64,000 bases of DNA from Hyphochytrium catenoides (GCA_900088475.1 FLMG01002493.1:1-64000); one strand, 5' to 3'; numbered from the stretch's first letter, positions 1-12,960 are shown. Numbers and translations are program-made. Notes: a model not told the origin generated them from the sequence alone.

Positions 1-444
1 AGAGAGAGAGAGAGAGAGGGTGGACGGCTGATGAGAGAAAAGGACAAGGGGAAAATTTGCGGGCAGCCCCGAAGATATGATGATGACACCTCGAGGTTCT
101 AAATCCTGGACTAAATCCCATACATTTCCACAGTAATGCTCCTCCCGTCTAAACCTTCTTATGTTTCTACCGAACAACGTTCTAAAGTACGGTAATGCTT
201 TGATTTAGGCTTGTGAAAGGAGAATAGGATTTCTCCTTACTCTGTCTGTCTCGCGAACTGCCCTGTCTGTTCTCTCCTCTCACTCTGTCTCTCGCTTCTT
301 TCAAGGGAGCTACTTCCGCTCTCCTATCGTCTCTGCCTTTTCCTTTAACTATATCTACCTCTCTCTGTCTCTCGATCTTGGGTCTCCTTCTGTGTCTCTC
401 TCGTTTCATCAGGTATAAAACGTTTCCTTGTCCTCTCATCCATT

Positions 445-473
445 TTTCGGGCTTTTTTGAACTATTTTATTCT

Positions 474-511
<38 letters not shown>

Positions 512-645
512 CTTTCCTCTCCCTCTCGCGCACTCTTTCCTCTCTCCCTCTTTTTTTATCTCCTCTCTCTCTCTCTCTTTCTTCTCTCTCTCTCTTTCTT
601 TCCCTTCTCTCTCTATCTCTTTCCTTCCTCTCTCTATCTCTTTCC

Positions 646-681
<36 letters not shown>

Positions 682-734
682 CTTTCTTTCCTCTCTCCCT
701 CTTGTTTTTCTCCTTCCTCTCTCTCTCTCTTTAC

Positions 735-772
<38 letters not shown>

Positions 773-790
773 TCTCTTCTTCCCTCCTCA
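445..790. repeat. Imperfect (CT)n / polypyrimidine microsatellite tract
   Basis: About 350 nt of almost pure CT/CTTT repeats. It generates the spurious SLSL/ERER ORFs at 378-974. A short (GA)n also sits at 1-17. Confidence 0.95.
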
Positions 791-849
791 ACTCTTCCAA
801 GCGTTTGCCTGTGATGAGAGAGAGAGAGACACAGATATGAGAGGGGAAG

Positions 850-2228
850 GAAAACGCGAAATCGGAAGTGAGACAGAGAAATGTAATTCCTAGGCATACT
901 TCGTCGAAGAGATAGAGAGAGGGAGGTGAAAGAGTGATGAGCGAGAAAGAGAGAGGAGATCTTGGTGTCATCATCTACTTCTTTGAGTTCTACTGAAGAT
1001 TTTTCTTGTAGCAGTTCATCTTCCTCTTCACACGGCGGCCCGTCGAGTGCTGGACAAGAACATTGAGCCCGTCAGTCTCTCCACCAGCCTTTGGACGCTT
1101 TGGACGGCCAGCAGTCAGTCTCTAACATTTTTCCTTTCACGCCCCATCATCACTGCCATCATTTGTCTTCCTTGTCACTGAGACAACTGCCGCTTTGATT
1201 GATGGAGACTTGTCCAGTGATAGTAGCTGATGGCTGACGGCCTCGGTCCGTGACTGGCGGGCAAGCAGCTGCCATTGGGAAGGCAAAATGACGTTGCGGC
1301 GGGATCTGCAGAAGATCGCTGGGAGACTGCAAGACTGCAAGAGACCTCGAGGTGTTCAGGAACGCTATTAGGGTTTCCACCGCTGAAAATCTGAGTTCTG
1401 GCTGGTGAGCTAAAGAGACTCTACACGGGTATTGATTGGAAATTGCCTTCGCGACGACGGGACAACTGCTGGATTCCAATCAGTGGGCATCTTGTCTTTA
1501 TCTTACAGTGCTTTTGGCTGTGATCTGTCCCACGTATATGCCGGGACTGCGCGGTCCTGTGCCGGAGAGTCCAACGGGCAAGAGGACATAGCCCTGCTTT
1601 GTAGAACTCTCAGAAAGGCGAACTCGTACGTTGGATGCCAGCAGATAGAGCAGAGTAGCTCCAGAGATGCTGAAAGGGACTCTACTTCTTGCTAGTTTAG
1701 GACTATCCTGTTCGGGCTATTGGCTATGACGTCCCAGAGCGCCCATTAAAAAGGTATAAGATAAAATCTAACGCTAGACTATCGAAGAGTCTTTGTTGCT
1801 ACTGTTAGCGCAACGACTTGTTCTGTGCATTGATAGTGCTAAGAGCAGAGGACTCTCCTTTTTCTGCACCTTCATAGAGGCTTGTAGGTTGAGACAGGTG
1901 TTCTCATGTCCCTTGTTCTTGCCTGATAGTGCTGGCAAAGTAAGATCCTTAGACCATAGTGCTTCATAAATAGGAGTGTTCTGTTGATGTCAGCATCTGA
2001 GTGCATGACTACTTGTCCTTTGGTGAACACTCGGGGTCGGGAAGCCTGATCTGTACTAGGCCCTTAGGGTTGCTTGCTTTGCCGGTAATGCCTTAGGCGA
2101 CATGCTCAAATGGCGCTGAGCTCGCAGAGAGAACCGCTGAGAGCTGCTCTACCTTTTGGCACAGGCAGACTCTGCGACACACTCGTCTCCTCAAGGATAA
2201 GGTAGAACGTGAGAAGAACAGATAAGCC
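850..2228 (-). pseudogene. Decayed coding-like segment with Gln-position stop codons
   Basis: A minus-strand frame reads ...AQNKSLR TAA CAG TAG CAA CAA R... (1793-1809), then S*PIARTG*S*TSKK*SPFQHLW. The stops are mostly TAA/TAG, in Gln-compatible contexts. No recognisable family. Confidence 0.45.
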
Positions 2229-3761
2229 CTATCCACTTGCCCCTATACTCCGGCCTTCAAGTGTCATCTGAAGTGGTTGCAGCTGAAGATCTACGCCGCC
2301 TCTGCCCTTTGTCGCCGTTCCTGGACGCCGCGGGTGCAAACCGCTCCTGTTGGCCTTCGGAAGCTCATCGCTGGTCGGAAGAAAGGTGGAAGGGGGAGAA
2401 AATGAACAGATTCTTTCCTGGAAGAGGTTGATGTCTTCTTTCGCGTCCCCTTCGCTCTGTAGCGACGGTACGAAGGACTCCTTGGGCACAAGTGGATGAG
2501 CTCTAAGGTAGAGTCTTAACGTGCTGATGAAGAGGCTGTGGTACCGGAGAGAAGATGTCGGCGAGAGCTTCTGATATCTCAAGCCCTTCTCCTTTCCAGG
2601 TTTAGGATTATCTTCTTTCCAAAGAGAAGAGAGGGAGAAGGGACCGCCCAATGTACTGCTAAACTTGGCAATTCTTCGGACAGGAGGACTATGAAGCTCA
2701 AGCTCAAGCTGTGTCTTCTGTGCGTGAAGCTGCTCTAAGGCCTTCTTCTGCAGCTTCTCACTAAGCTTGTTCAGCTCCCTCTGCAGCGTTTTATTCTCCT
2801 CTTCCAGCGCTCTCCTTTCCTTCTCTCTCTGTCCAAGCTTCAGAGTAAGGTCCTCAACTCGCGCCTGAAGCTCCTCAACCCTTGCCTTAGTGTTCGCCTC
2901 TAGTGCCTGAATGGGCCTTGGTCTATCTTTCTGCGCCGTTAGAGGCCTTTCTATTCCATTGTCGACCCGCCCGCGAACTATCCCTCTCAATATGGTAGGG
3001 ATGGCCCCGATCTCTTCTCTGAGAAGCTCTATCCTCCTCTCTAGTTCTCTCCTCTGTCGCTCTCGCAGGTCAATCTTCATGGCTGAAAGCAGGGAATGCA
3101 AGTCTCCGAGACAGGACAGAAGAAGCTTCTCTAACCCCTGACTGTCCGCCTGACGAAGTCTCTGTGGCTCTTCGTCTCTGAGTGTTGGTCTCTCATTCTC
3201 ACTACGTCCTCTTGACTCATTCTCCTCTTGCAGAGCTCTAAGGCTATCTTTCACTGCTACCAGCTTTGATGAGAAAGAGTTGAGAAGCTCGTATTTCGTC
3301 TCTGGCTGTTCCCTATCCTGCTGATTGTCGGAGGACGAAGGTGATGACGGCCAGGAAGCAGACAAAGAGAAGGTAGAGGACAGTTTTCTTTCTAAGGCCT
3401 CCAGACGTGAGATCTCTTCTCTGACGCCCTTCAAGAACTCTCGATGTGTGTCTTTTGAACTGATGAATAGGTTTTGACTCTGACTCCCAACGCCAGGCAA
3501 GGAGGACGGAGAAGGTGAGGAAGATTGAGGCACAGTGAAGGGAGAAGTGGACCTTGTCGCTCTAGCAAGGCGCCGCTTTATAGGAGTCTTCGACCAGCCT
3601 GCTGTGGCTCTGTTTTCATCTTTCTTGGCTCCTCTCCGATCACCCTCATCCTCTCTACATTGAGGACCTAGCAGGGCAATCTCAATGGTTGTCGGAATTC
3701 CCGGCGTTTGGCCAGCTGAAGGTCCAGCTTTAAGCGGAGAAGGAAGCTGCGGCAGAGACAT
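2229..3761 (-). CDS. Hypothetical coiled-coil protein (510 aa ORF, possibly part of a decaying longer gene)
   Basis: Uninterrupted 510-codon ORF with heptad-like E/L/R/K segments (ARVEELQARVEDLTLKLGQREKERRALEEENKTLQRELNKL). The same frame extends upstream to an ATG at 4016 through two TGAs. Confidence 0.5.
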   Translation of the reverse strand: MSLPQLPSPLKAGPSAGQTPGIPTTIEIALLGPQCREDEGDRRGAKKDENRATAGWSKTPIKRRLARATRSTSPFTVPQSSSPSPSSLPGVGSQSQNLFISSKDTHREFLKGVREEISRLEALERKLSSTFSLSASWPSSPSSSDNQQDREQPETKYELLNSFSSKLVAVKDSLRALQEENESRGRSENERPTLRDEEPQRLRQADSQGLEKLLLSCLGDLHSLLSAMKIDLRERQRRELERRIELLREEIGAIPTILRGIVRGRVDNGIERPLTAQKDRPRPIQALEANTKARVEELQARVEDLTLKLGQREKERRALEEENKTLQRELNKLSEKLQKKALEQLHAQKTQLELELHSPPVRRIAKFSSTLGGPFSLSSLWKEDNPKPGKEKGLRYQKLSPTSSLRYHSLFISTLRLYLRAHPLVPKESFVPSLQSEGDAKEDINLFQERICSFSPPSTFLPTSDELPKANRSGLHPRRPGTATKGRGGVDLQLQPLQMTLEGRSIGASG

Positions 3762-4054
3762 TCATTGAAGATGCCCTGTGCTCCTATCTTGTTCTTCTCT
3801 GATTGTACCACCAGCTTGTGCCTGCAGCCCCTCTCTTGTTTGACTAGCCAGACCTCCCTTCTGCGTCAGGCTATTAGCCGCGACCTTGGTCAAGTTATGA
3901 ACAAAAGAGTATATCCAGCCTCTCTCTTGAGAGAAGTAGCTAATCACTACTCGGAGTCATTGTTCCTCTTTGTCGGCTGTGTCTCTGTCTCCGAGTACCT
4001 TGCCTCTGCGTCTCATTCTTTCTGATAAAGGAAGATCTTGAACGCATATTCCAC

Positions 4055-4150
4055 TCTCGTCTCTCTCTCTCTCCTCTTTAGTCTCTTTCCCCTTCGTCTT
4101 CTCTCTCTCTCTCTCTCTCTCTCCTCTTTAGTCTCTTTCCTCCTTCGTCT
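4055..4150. repeat. ~50 bp tandem duplication built on a (CT)n run
   Basis: (ct)n-cctctttagtctctttcc-(c/t)cttcgtct occurs twice in tandem. Confidence 0.8.
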
Positions 4151-4751
4151 GCTCTCTCTGTCTCGCTCTCCCTGTCTCGCTCTCCCAGTGCTGAGAGGTT
4201 GAGCGACGAATGTGGGGGTTGAGACTTGAGACCAAGGTCGTTACTCCGAGATCCGCTAACGGCGTTGATATGGTGGCTGAGCTCTTAGAGAGTGACAGAG
4301 ATAAAGGGGCCACAAGCAAGAGAGGGAGAGAGGGTACGAAGGGACATGATGAACAGACAACCACTCACGCAGAAGTGATGTGAGGGAAGAGAAGAGTGAC
4401 AATCAATATGGATAGCTACTACGCATGAGAACTGGCGGCAGATAGAGGAACGAGGAGAGACACTTTAGCTGTGATGATGATAAAGAAGGATTGAAGAAGG
4501 ATTGAGAGAGGGAGAGTGGGGAAGGACTCAGACCTGAGCGACGCAACCTAACCAGCTATTGACTAAGTAAAGGGCCTTCAGCCTGACCAAGCAAGACGAA
4601 CTCAAGGGACATTCTTAGGCATTAACGGTGTCCGACAGCGTCCAGCCGGTCGGTTCTTAAGGATATGGCACGAGCTATAAAGTGAAACTTTGTGAAAGGC
4701 GAAAAGGAGATGGCGTTTGGTCGTCTTCTCTGCGGCTTAAGCTCGCACTTC

Positions 4752-7684
4752 TCATGCCTGCAGCTTGTGGATCATGTTCTCCTTGTTTACCAAGTGGCAC
4801 GTCGTCTCCACAAGGTTCAGCAGCTCAGAGATATCAGCTTGACCATCACCACAAAGGAGAGAGCAAACCGAGGAGAAAAAGTCAATATTGACCAAGTGGT
4901 TTTTGCAAGTGAGCGAAAGGGTTTGGAGGTTGTGGGCCAGTCTTCAGAGCAGACAAGAGAAGGGAAACTCATTGCCAGCAGAGGAACTAAAGAGAACAGA
5001 GCCAAAGATGGATCCTACCTGCCCAGGCCGTAAGCTGCTCTTCAGGAGGTCTTGGTCGTAAGAACTTCACAATGCCTGCAGGTCTGTCGATCTTGGCATA
5101 GATTACACCGGTGCTCACCAGTTGGGAGATGTGCGCTTCCGCTTTCTACAAGCACAGAAGTGAGTCAAGATGAGGATCAGCATCCTCACATGATAGTAAC
5201 GGAGGCTCTGAACATGAGCGCGAGACGACAGACGGGGCAGAACCCCGGGATTGTCAGGTACATGGCGCCTAAGCACGGATGAGGTAGAAAAGAGTAGAAG
5301 ACTTCTGCCGTCTTTCTATAACGCCAGGACAAGGCAATAAATCAGGCAGGCACGTCTCTCCTTCTAACCTCTTCTGTAAGACCAATGAGTTTGGCGAGGT
5401 GGGCCATCTTGACCCGGGTATAGTACGACGAAATGATGCGAACATTCTATAGATATGCAGAAGCAACAGGCGGGTCGAAGGGTAAGTTCTCTTGAAGGCA
5501 CGTTAAGTCAGAAGAGAGAGGTGATACCGCTAGAAAGATAGGGAGAGAGACTCTACGAAAGGAAAGTGCCCGCAAGATAGTAGGAGAGGCGGCTTAAAAG
5601 TTAGAGAGTTCGGAGAGAGAGACAGCGCTGCACTGGTAGAGAAGAGTGATAGAATATAAATAGACTGGTGGAAGTGTCAACAGAGAAAATGTGGCCAATT
5701 CGTTTGTAAGTCTCAAACGCACATGCTCAGTGACTCTTGTATGCACGAGCTCTAGCCACTCCTTAGCTCTTGGTCCCTTGGAGAACACGGGGTGGTTCTG
5801 GAGGGCCTGCTGTTCTGGACCTGGGAACGGATAGGAAATCACCTCTGGAGTCGTGAAGTAAGTGGCTAATTTGCTGAGAAAGCGAGATGAAGAGGGGATG
5901 AGAGAGAAAGGTGTTCGTTAGTGACAGTTGGGTTATGAATCAGACAGCACGGGAAGTCATAGAAGGTCAAGCCAGAGGGAACTGAGAGATACAAGGTGTG
6001 GAACTAGGACTATTGGTTTTGAGGGCTATACTACGCACTAGAAGTGGGATGACTTCTTCAGATTCTTGTCACTCTGGACTCTGTGCAGAAGGTCATGTTG
6101 GTGGTTGTCATGAGGAGAGAGGATGAGGAAGGCCAAGGCATGCTCGAGCGCCTGTATAAGGAACAACGGATGTTAGAAACTTGCGTCTGAGAGAAGAGCA
6201 TATAATCATGTTGACAGAGACAAGAAGGGACTATGGCTACATCAGGGGGGATAATTGGAGCAGAGCAGAGGAGGATGGACCCAGCGGTAGATAGACTAGG
6301 ATATGGGACTACACTTGTGATTAGTGCAGCTGCCCTAAAGAAAGAAGGAAAGATGCAGACCTCGACTAGACGCTTCTCGTCAGCAAGGATGACTGGGGTG
6401 TTATATACAGCCATCCAGTCTCTACACAGCTCCAGTGTATCGTTTTCGTGCGTGTGATACTCCATCATCAGCTTATAGTACTTAAGCTTGCAGTTCTAAA
6501 GAACAGTCAAAGACTCAGTGCGCTGACCGTGTTTGGCTATCCTCGAGAACAACGTCCCAAGGAGCTCCCCATAGCAATGCAGCAACTTTGTGGACCGTCT
6601 GAAGTTGCTTACCTCAAAGCCCTCTTCATCCAGGTTCTTCTTAACTATTTTCTTGGCTACTATGTTTGCCCGAACATAGTCCTTTTTCGCTAATGTTAGC
6701 CGAACCTGTTCAAAAACGAGAACCGTCAGACCATCCGATGCCTCTGTCACTCAGGAGGGATATATGCGGCACGCTGGTTTACCTGCTCCAGAATAAACTC
6801 GCATTTCTCTAGCTTCGTCATGGCCCCATACGTCTCCACCTGGCAGGTAGGAAAGGAGCCATCAGAGGAGGGAATTGAGTGCACAAAGCTGCACAGATCA
6901 TTGCGGAAGAAGGAAGCATGGCCCCGGACGTCACTCTTACATGCACTTCCTGCAAGATATCTGCTGCTTCTGCCACTAGTCCCTGTCTTTCCTTGATATC
7001 CGCTAGCGATTTGGTGAGAAGTGCCCTCTCTTTCTCCACAAATATCTGCATGTAATGAACAGGTGAGCCCAAACGCTCTAGAGACGCAGACCGTCGCGGG
7101 TGGAGGACCCCTTCAACCTGTTCAGACCGGCGTAGGCTCCACTTAATGGTCGCTCACCTTTCCGTCAGAAATTGCTCTTAAAGCTGTGATGTACTTTATC
7201 TTTGTATCGTCGTTTGGCGCCTGTTCGACATACTTCATGCCCTCCTGCACGACCAGCGTGATGACTTGCGGCTTTTGCTGCCTGCGTTTACATAGTGCTG
7301 TACTCTGCGTGCATAGCTGCTCCCAGTCCTTTTGCTCAAAGCATAGCCTCAAAATAGCACCAGCTGCCTCCTTTAGAGTAGGGAGGTCGCTTGCCTGCAT
7401 TTTGCAGTAGACACACCATCAGGAGGACTCTAGATAGCATTCGACGAAGACGAAGGACTTACCAGTCGTGCAATCTTTTCGACCGCAAGGAGGACTTCGC
7501 AAGCTTCTGCCAGTTTACCATTCTATACAGGCACGTTAGCTAAGACTTCAATAATCCTCAGTGGAATTCCTCAGCTGACCTGCGCCAGATGCGTGGCCTC
7601 TGGCATTTTGCTTTGCAGCTCAGCCGAGGTATCCTTCTTAATATCCTCCTCGCGCATGGGTGCATCCTTTAGCCATGTCGCCAT
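4752..7684 (-). CDS. PSMD12: 26S proteasome regulatory subunit RPN5/PSMD12 (multi-exon)
   Basis: Spliced exons give [14 protein letters not shown]..., [39 protein letters not shown]...[60 protein letters not shown] and the C-terminus [19 protein letters not shown], matching RPN5 PCI-domain motifs. ATG at 7684, TGA at 4752-4754. Confidence 0.93.
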
Positions 7685-8595
7685 GGTGCTCCTTGAAAGG
7701 CCAAGCTCAAAATAATACTCCCGTCTCCTTCGCACGCTAGGTATAAACAAGTATGTAACGCAATGGGAGAAGCCGATGACAAAGCTTCAGAAAAGAGGAA
7801 CAACGCCTTCAGGCGACCCGGCAGATCTCTCCGACAGAGGAGCAAAAATGTAAAGATTTCTTTTCAGCTCGATGATCAAGTTCGGCCCTAGACTCCGCCC
7901 CAGGACACCGCCTTCATCACAATATCCTCGCTTACCGAAGAGGAAATAACGGAGTCTTTGTAAAGGCCGTTAACGGGTATATTACAGTACTCCCCCTGTA
8001 CTTCAGTTTCCCATTATGAAGATAACAGATTTTCGCATACTTCTGAGCTCAGAACAAGCTGCAAGAGCGGTGGAACTGTTATCTGTTTCCTGGTGACTGA
8101 GTCTGAGGTACAGCCCTTCGTGGAGCTGAATCTTCGCCTTAGCGGGGCGTCAGTCAGGCGGCGTTGCCTTAGGAAGGCAATCACTGGGATGCGTGCCGCA
8201 AGATCTTTGAAGAAATGTCATGGATCCTTGATCATCTATTTCTAGACCTGACTGATGAGGCTTTGTGCAAGTGAACTGCGATATTGGCCTACTTTATGAA
8301 AATATCCGTATTAAGTGTTGCCAGATAACTGATCTGTATGGCGATACAACCTTCCTTCCTGAACCAAAGCCAATAAGTTCTTCAAAGTGAAGCGAGTTCT
8401 TCCTCAGCTTGAACTCCGGGCATAGAGCAACCACGAAGCTCCCACCTCAAAGTGATATAGTACAGCGAGTCTGGGACGATAGGAGAACCAACTTAGGAGA
8501 ACCAACTGTTTTGGTCTCTTCTGTCGCGTCTGTGTTTACAAGCATCGCCTTTTGACTACGAGAGGTGAAAGCTGTCAAGCTCCGTGTCATTTCTG

Positions 8596-10005
8596 CTACA
8601 GCTCTTCTTGCTCTCGTCGGCCTTGGCTGGCTCTCAGCTCTTCAACTGTTAACGACAACAGAGGCAGTCCTGTACTCTCCTTCCAGTGAGGGGGCCATGT
8701 TGCGATGACTGACGGCCTAGCTACCATCATCTGATAGTAACTCTCTAGACCAGGATAAGCACTACAAGGAGGCATGGCCGCGCATGAGGTTAGGATCAGA
8801 GTACATAGCAAGAAAAGTCCAGAGACTCACTCTCGAAGTCTCAATCCACAGCGGACGTTGTAGGCTAGGTTCGGGAAGAACGATATATCCGCTAAACTGA
8901 GGCTGTCGCCTGCCAAAAACGTCCTGCCTGAGAGGTACTGCTCCCACAACTGCGTGCAAATAAGGTTTAGTCATGGATGTCTTCTCAGATAGTAACATAG
9001 GTGGGCTCAGCTCGATAGAGCCACGGCTGCTTTAACGGCAAAGGATAGTGGGACCAACCCAAGAGAACCAAGGACAATTGAGGTGAAGGCTTCTACCAAC
9101 CTGCAACTCCTTCTGCAGCGCCTCTAGCTTGGTAAGGAGGAAAGAGGGGTTTCGTTTCTCTTCAGGGACTCTTCGCAGATAATAAATGACCTCCCCAGCC
9201 ACAACGCTGAGATTGTTAGCCTCCTGCACTCTTGTCTCAGCGACAGCCAGCTGCATCGGATCTATCGGCATCAAAGCCTTCGTTTGGCAGTACGGAGGTC
9301 ATTGGTAGAGCCTTTGTACTCGTTAGAGACAAGTATGCACTTACCGGTGTCGGATACACACGCTCAAGATACTCCATTATAGCGATGGACTCATACATAG
9401 TAACACTGTCGCATGGCAGATTCAGCACAAACCGCCAGACCAGCGAGGCATTGGGCAGCACCCGGGTCATAGATTTGACAGATAATAAAAGGCATAAAAA
9501 AGGATAGAACGAAACCCGGGAAGTGGTGTGACAAAACAGAGAATTGAAGGAGAGAGATGACAGGAGTGACTGAGTCCGCCTATGAAGCTATCGCAACCTT
9601 ACCCGTTGATGTCAACAAAGATTGGGACCATACCCCGTGGGTTCATCTTTAAGAACTCCTTGCTCTTGAGGACACCGCTGAATACCAGCAAGATGTGTTA
9701 GGGTTGATCATGCCCTGCCCAACCCGGTATATGCATCTTCCTACCTCTGAAAGGTAATGCAAACGCTACGGAACTCCAACTTCTTCTCTGACAGCATCAG
9801 GAAAGCTCTCCATGCTAATAATGGGACACATCTTACTTATGACTGGAATCGAGGACCGCTTTAAGATGGGCGGATACCTACCTGCAGGGCTTCCCGAGCC
9901 CCAATAGAGCACTCGCTCATGGGGCCGTGGCAAGAAACGTGACGCATCTGGAGCTTGATCACTGGAAGTCGCAAGCTCGTGAGCGTAATACGGTGTGCTA
10001 TCCAT
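8596..10005 (-). CDS. Glutathione S-transferase, rho-class-like (multi-exon)
   Basis: VLYWGSGSPAAWRAFLMLSEKKL, KMNPRGMVPIF, MYESIAIMEYLE, ETRVQEANNL and the C-terminal RPSVIATWPPHWKE resemble the rho-class signatures WGSGSPPCWR and RPS..WPPHW. Confidence 0.85.
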
Positions 10006-10924
10006 TGATCTACAGAAATTACTTGAGGCAGGTTCACTGCCGCTCTTGAGATCGTGGCGGCCCTAACCAAGAGGTTTTGGCACTTTCTATAAGACTCCAG
10101 TCCGCTGTCCTTCTTCACGCGTCACAGGACTCCATGGAGCGTCAAGGTCATTGGAAGCCAGGCATAACTTGAGTGGTGTTATCCAAACCGGTTGAGGTGA
10201 CAAATCAATGCCACATACGGAGATATAGAGTACCACTACAAATCTCACTCTAGGCACTCTTCCACTTTCTCACTTCTCCAACCTTCTACACCTCATCACG
10301 CTTGCCAATCGCGCCGAAAAGCTTCGCTAAATGGTGCCTGTCTGCACTCACCAATCTGCATTGCATCTCTGACAAGCATCGGAGACATCGGACAAACAAA
10401 GCTTCAAAGCAGCAAAAGACCCCCGAAACCATGGTGTAAGCCATTCAGATCGCCCCCAGGACGGCGAAGTTGAAAAATAGTAACTGATTTGCGGTTATTC
10501 TATTAGCCAAAATTGATTCTGGCGCTGATTCTGATGAGCTTCATTCTTCCCAATGCTGATCCATCTTGAAGCTTCATCCGAAGCTTTTCTCTTTCTGTTC
10601 TTGCTGTTCGGCTGGCTCGGCAGGTCGCGCAAATAGAGGCTAAGAGAGGCAGTCCCTCGCCCGACGGATCAGGTGGTGACGGCAAGAAGGGCAGTCAAGG
10701 AAGTTCTGTTCGTCCCATACTTGGGTACGGCTCTGCTTTTACGTTTCGAGAGGCCAGGGCGAGGTGCGGTAGTACTGAGTTGCAATAGAAAGAATTGCCC
10801 GACTGCTTCAGTGCGCTCCCCGTTGTTGATGCGGCGGAAAAGAGTATCAAGTAGAGTATAAACCATTACCTAGCCGGTCAGGCAGGAGGCGTTGTCTTTG
10901 GGTTAGCGTCTTTGCCCTAGGGTC

Positions 10925-12775
10925 ATGGCTTCGGACGCCGGGAGTGGAAGGTCGTCGTTCACATGGCTCGTATGGCTGGCAGGAGCAATGTTTGCTGGGT
11001 CTATGCTGGCTGCGTATGTGCCACTTGCTGTTCGACTATCGGCATCGAAAACCCGGATTATGAGCCTTTTTGGATGCGGTTTGCTTGTGGGCGTCGCGTT
11101 GATCGTCGTCATTCCGGAAGGGGTGTCGGTCGTCATGAGTGCAAGCGCAGAATCCGCCCATCTCGCATCAAACCATCAGCCACTGGGCAAGCCTCCTTCT
11201 GCTATTGCTTCAGGTAGTCAGACAGATCATGAAGAGCATCACGAAGAAGAGGAATCTGCAGCGACGATTGTCGGAGTGTCACTAGCTGCTGGGTTCATTT
11301 TGCAGCTCATCGTAGACCAGATTAGCTCGTCGCATGCTGGACACTCGCATGGTCACCCTATGGGTAAGAAGAACGGTGGACACTATCGCCAGCTTCCAAG
11401 TGAAGGCTATGAAGAGACAGGAGAGGTTGCCCTGGAAATACACTCGGATCCAGACTTTCTAGGTGCTCCCAAAACAGCCAGCGTCTCGAGAGAGGATCAA
11501 CTGCACAAGCGTGACACCAGCTTTGGTGCTTTTATAGGTAAGGGCCAGGGCCAGGAAGGTGTATCTCAGCCCTACTCTATGTCGTGCACGAGCTAATGCT
11601 TTTGTCAATCATCTATCCTTTGGGTCGTTTGGATCTTGGATGGGCTCCACCTCGGGCTCTTCGAGGCTATACCTCCTCCTCGTGGCTCTCTGTCCTATCA
11701 TCTTCCTCACTCTGGTGGTTTTGTCATCTCCTGTGTCATACACTTACTTCTATCCCATTTACCGCTTTAACTTTGCCATGTTGCAGGCCTCCTGGTGCAT
11801 GCTGCTGCAGATGGCATTGCCTTAGGAGCTTCCTCCCTTTCAGACTCCTCCTCCTTGGGCGCAGTCGTATTCCTTGCAGGTAACTAGATCAAGACTGGCG
11901 ATAGCGCTCAAAAGGAGTCCACCAACCATCTACGTCTGACGCTGATGTGTTTCTATCTCCACTCCCTCTTGCGTATCCTCTAACCTAGTGATGCTCCATA
12001 AGATGCCAGCAGCGTTCGGTCTGACATCCTTCTTCATGGCGGCGGGAGTCACTCGACCCAAAAGTAAGCGGAGCGTTTCTCACACTTTCTGGTGTGCAGT
12101 TCTCCTTCATAACTCTTCCCTTTCAGTTCTAGTTTGGAATTTGATGCCTGCATTCCACCTCAAGATCTCCGTTGCCTTCGGTTTCCTCTCTCTCTTTCTC
12201 TCTCTCTCTTTTTCTCTGTCTCTTTCTTTGTTCTTTTCCTGAGCACAACTTTGCCCTATTTGAACTTCTAGGACAATGCATCCTCTTCTTCTTGTACTTT
12301 GTTTATCAGTGCCTTGTGTCCTCACCACTATCTTTCCTCTGTCCACAAAGTCCTATTCTACGCATTGCTCTTTTCAGCCTCGGCTCCTCTCGCCGCAATG
12401 TTGACCTATGGAGTTGTGAAGTTGGGATTAGTCAAAGGAGACTCAAAGGAAAGCATTGGTGCACTGTTACTCTTCTCCGGAGGTGCGACCTTAGGTCTTC
12501 TGCTTACGCTCTATATTTGAACTATGTCCTCTCTCCCTCCATAGCGTGCCTGCCACCATAGTCTCTCCTTGTTCCCCTCATCATTTCTTTCGATGGCCTT
12601 TTGCGTTTAAGAAGCTAAGCCCTCTTCGGATTTAGGTACATTCCTATATGTTGCCACCTGTCATGTCTTGCCAGAGGTGACTGCGCATGAGAAGCCGCTA
12701 AAGCTCAAGAGTCTGTCAGTGTTGATTTTGGGAATTGTAGCACCACTTCTTCTGCACGGGCATGACGACCACTGA
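10925..12775 (+). CDS. SLC39A9: ZIP9-like zinc transporter (SLC39 family, multi-exon)
   Basis: Motifs GLLVGVALIVVIPEG, His-rich loop HAGHSHGH, GLLVHAAADGIALG, MLHKMPAAFGL, LFSASAP and LLFSGGTFLYVATCHVLPE. TGA at 12773-12775. Confidence 0.9.
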
Positions 12776-12960
12776 CTGACGCATGGCCCATCAACCATTT
12801 GCTCCTCAGCTGGCGGGTTAGCGCCGCTATTTACCTCTAGATGTCCGTATGTATTGTCTATCCCACGGCTACTATTCTCTAGCTATCACTTTCTGAAAAA
12901 AGTTTATTCAAATGGCGCTTCACATGCATAGCTCTGTCGACGACGCTGCGGAGTTCGATA

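Noticed and set aside
182-974. ORFs rich in SLSL/ERER (also 12107-12346, 25839-26381, 35619-35891, 58035-58367)
   Set aside because: They are translation artefacts of (CT)n/(GA)n microsatellites, which lack stop codons.
3759-3960. Selenoprotein interpretation of the in-frame TGAs
   Set aside because: No redox motif around the TGAs, no recognisable selenoprotein family and no SECIS identified by eye.
7760-8500. Possible small plus-strand gene divergent from RPN5 (MGEADDKASEK...)
   Set aside because: It has an in-frame TAG, and I could not build a consistent splice model or recognise a motif.
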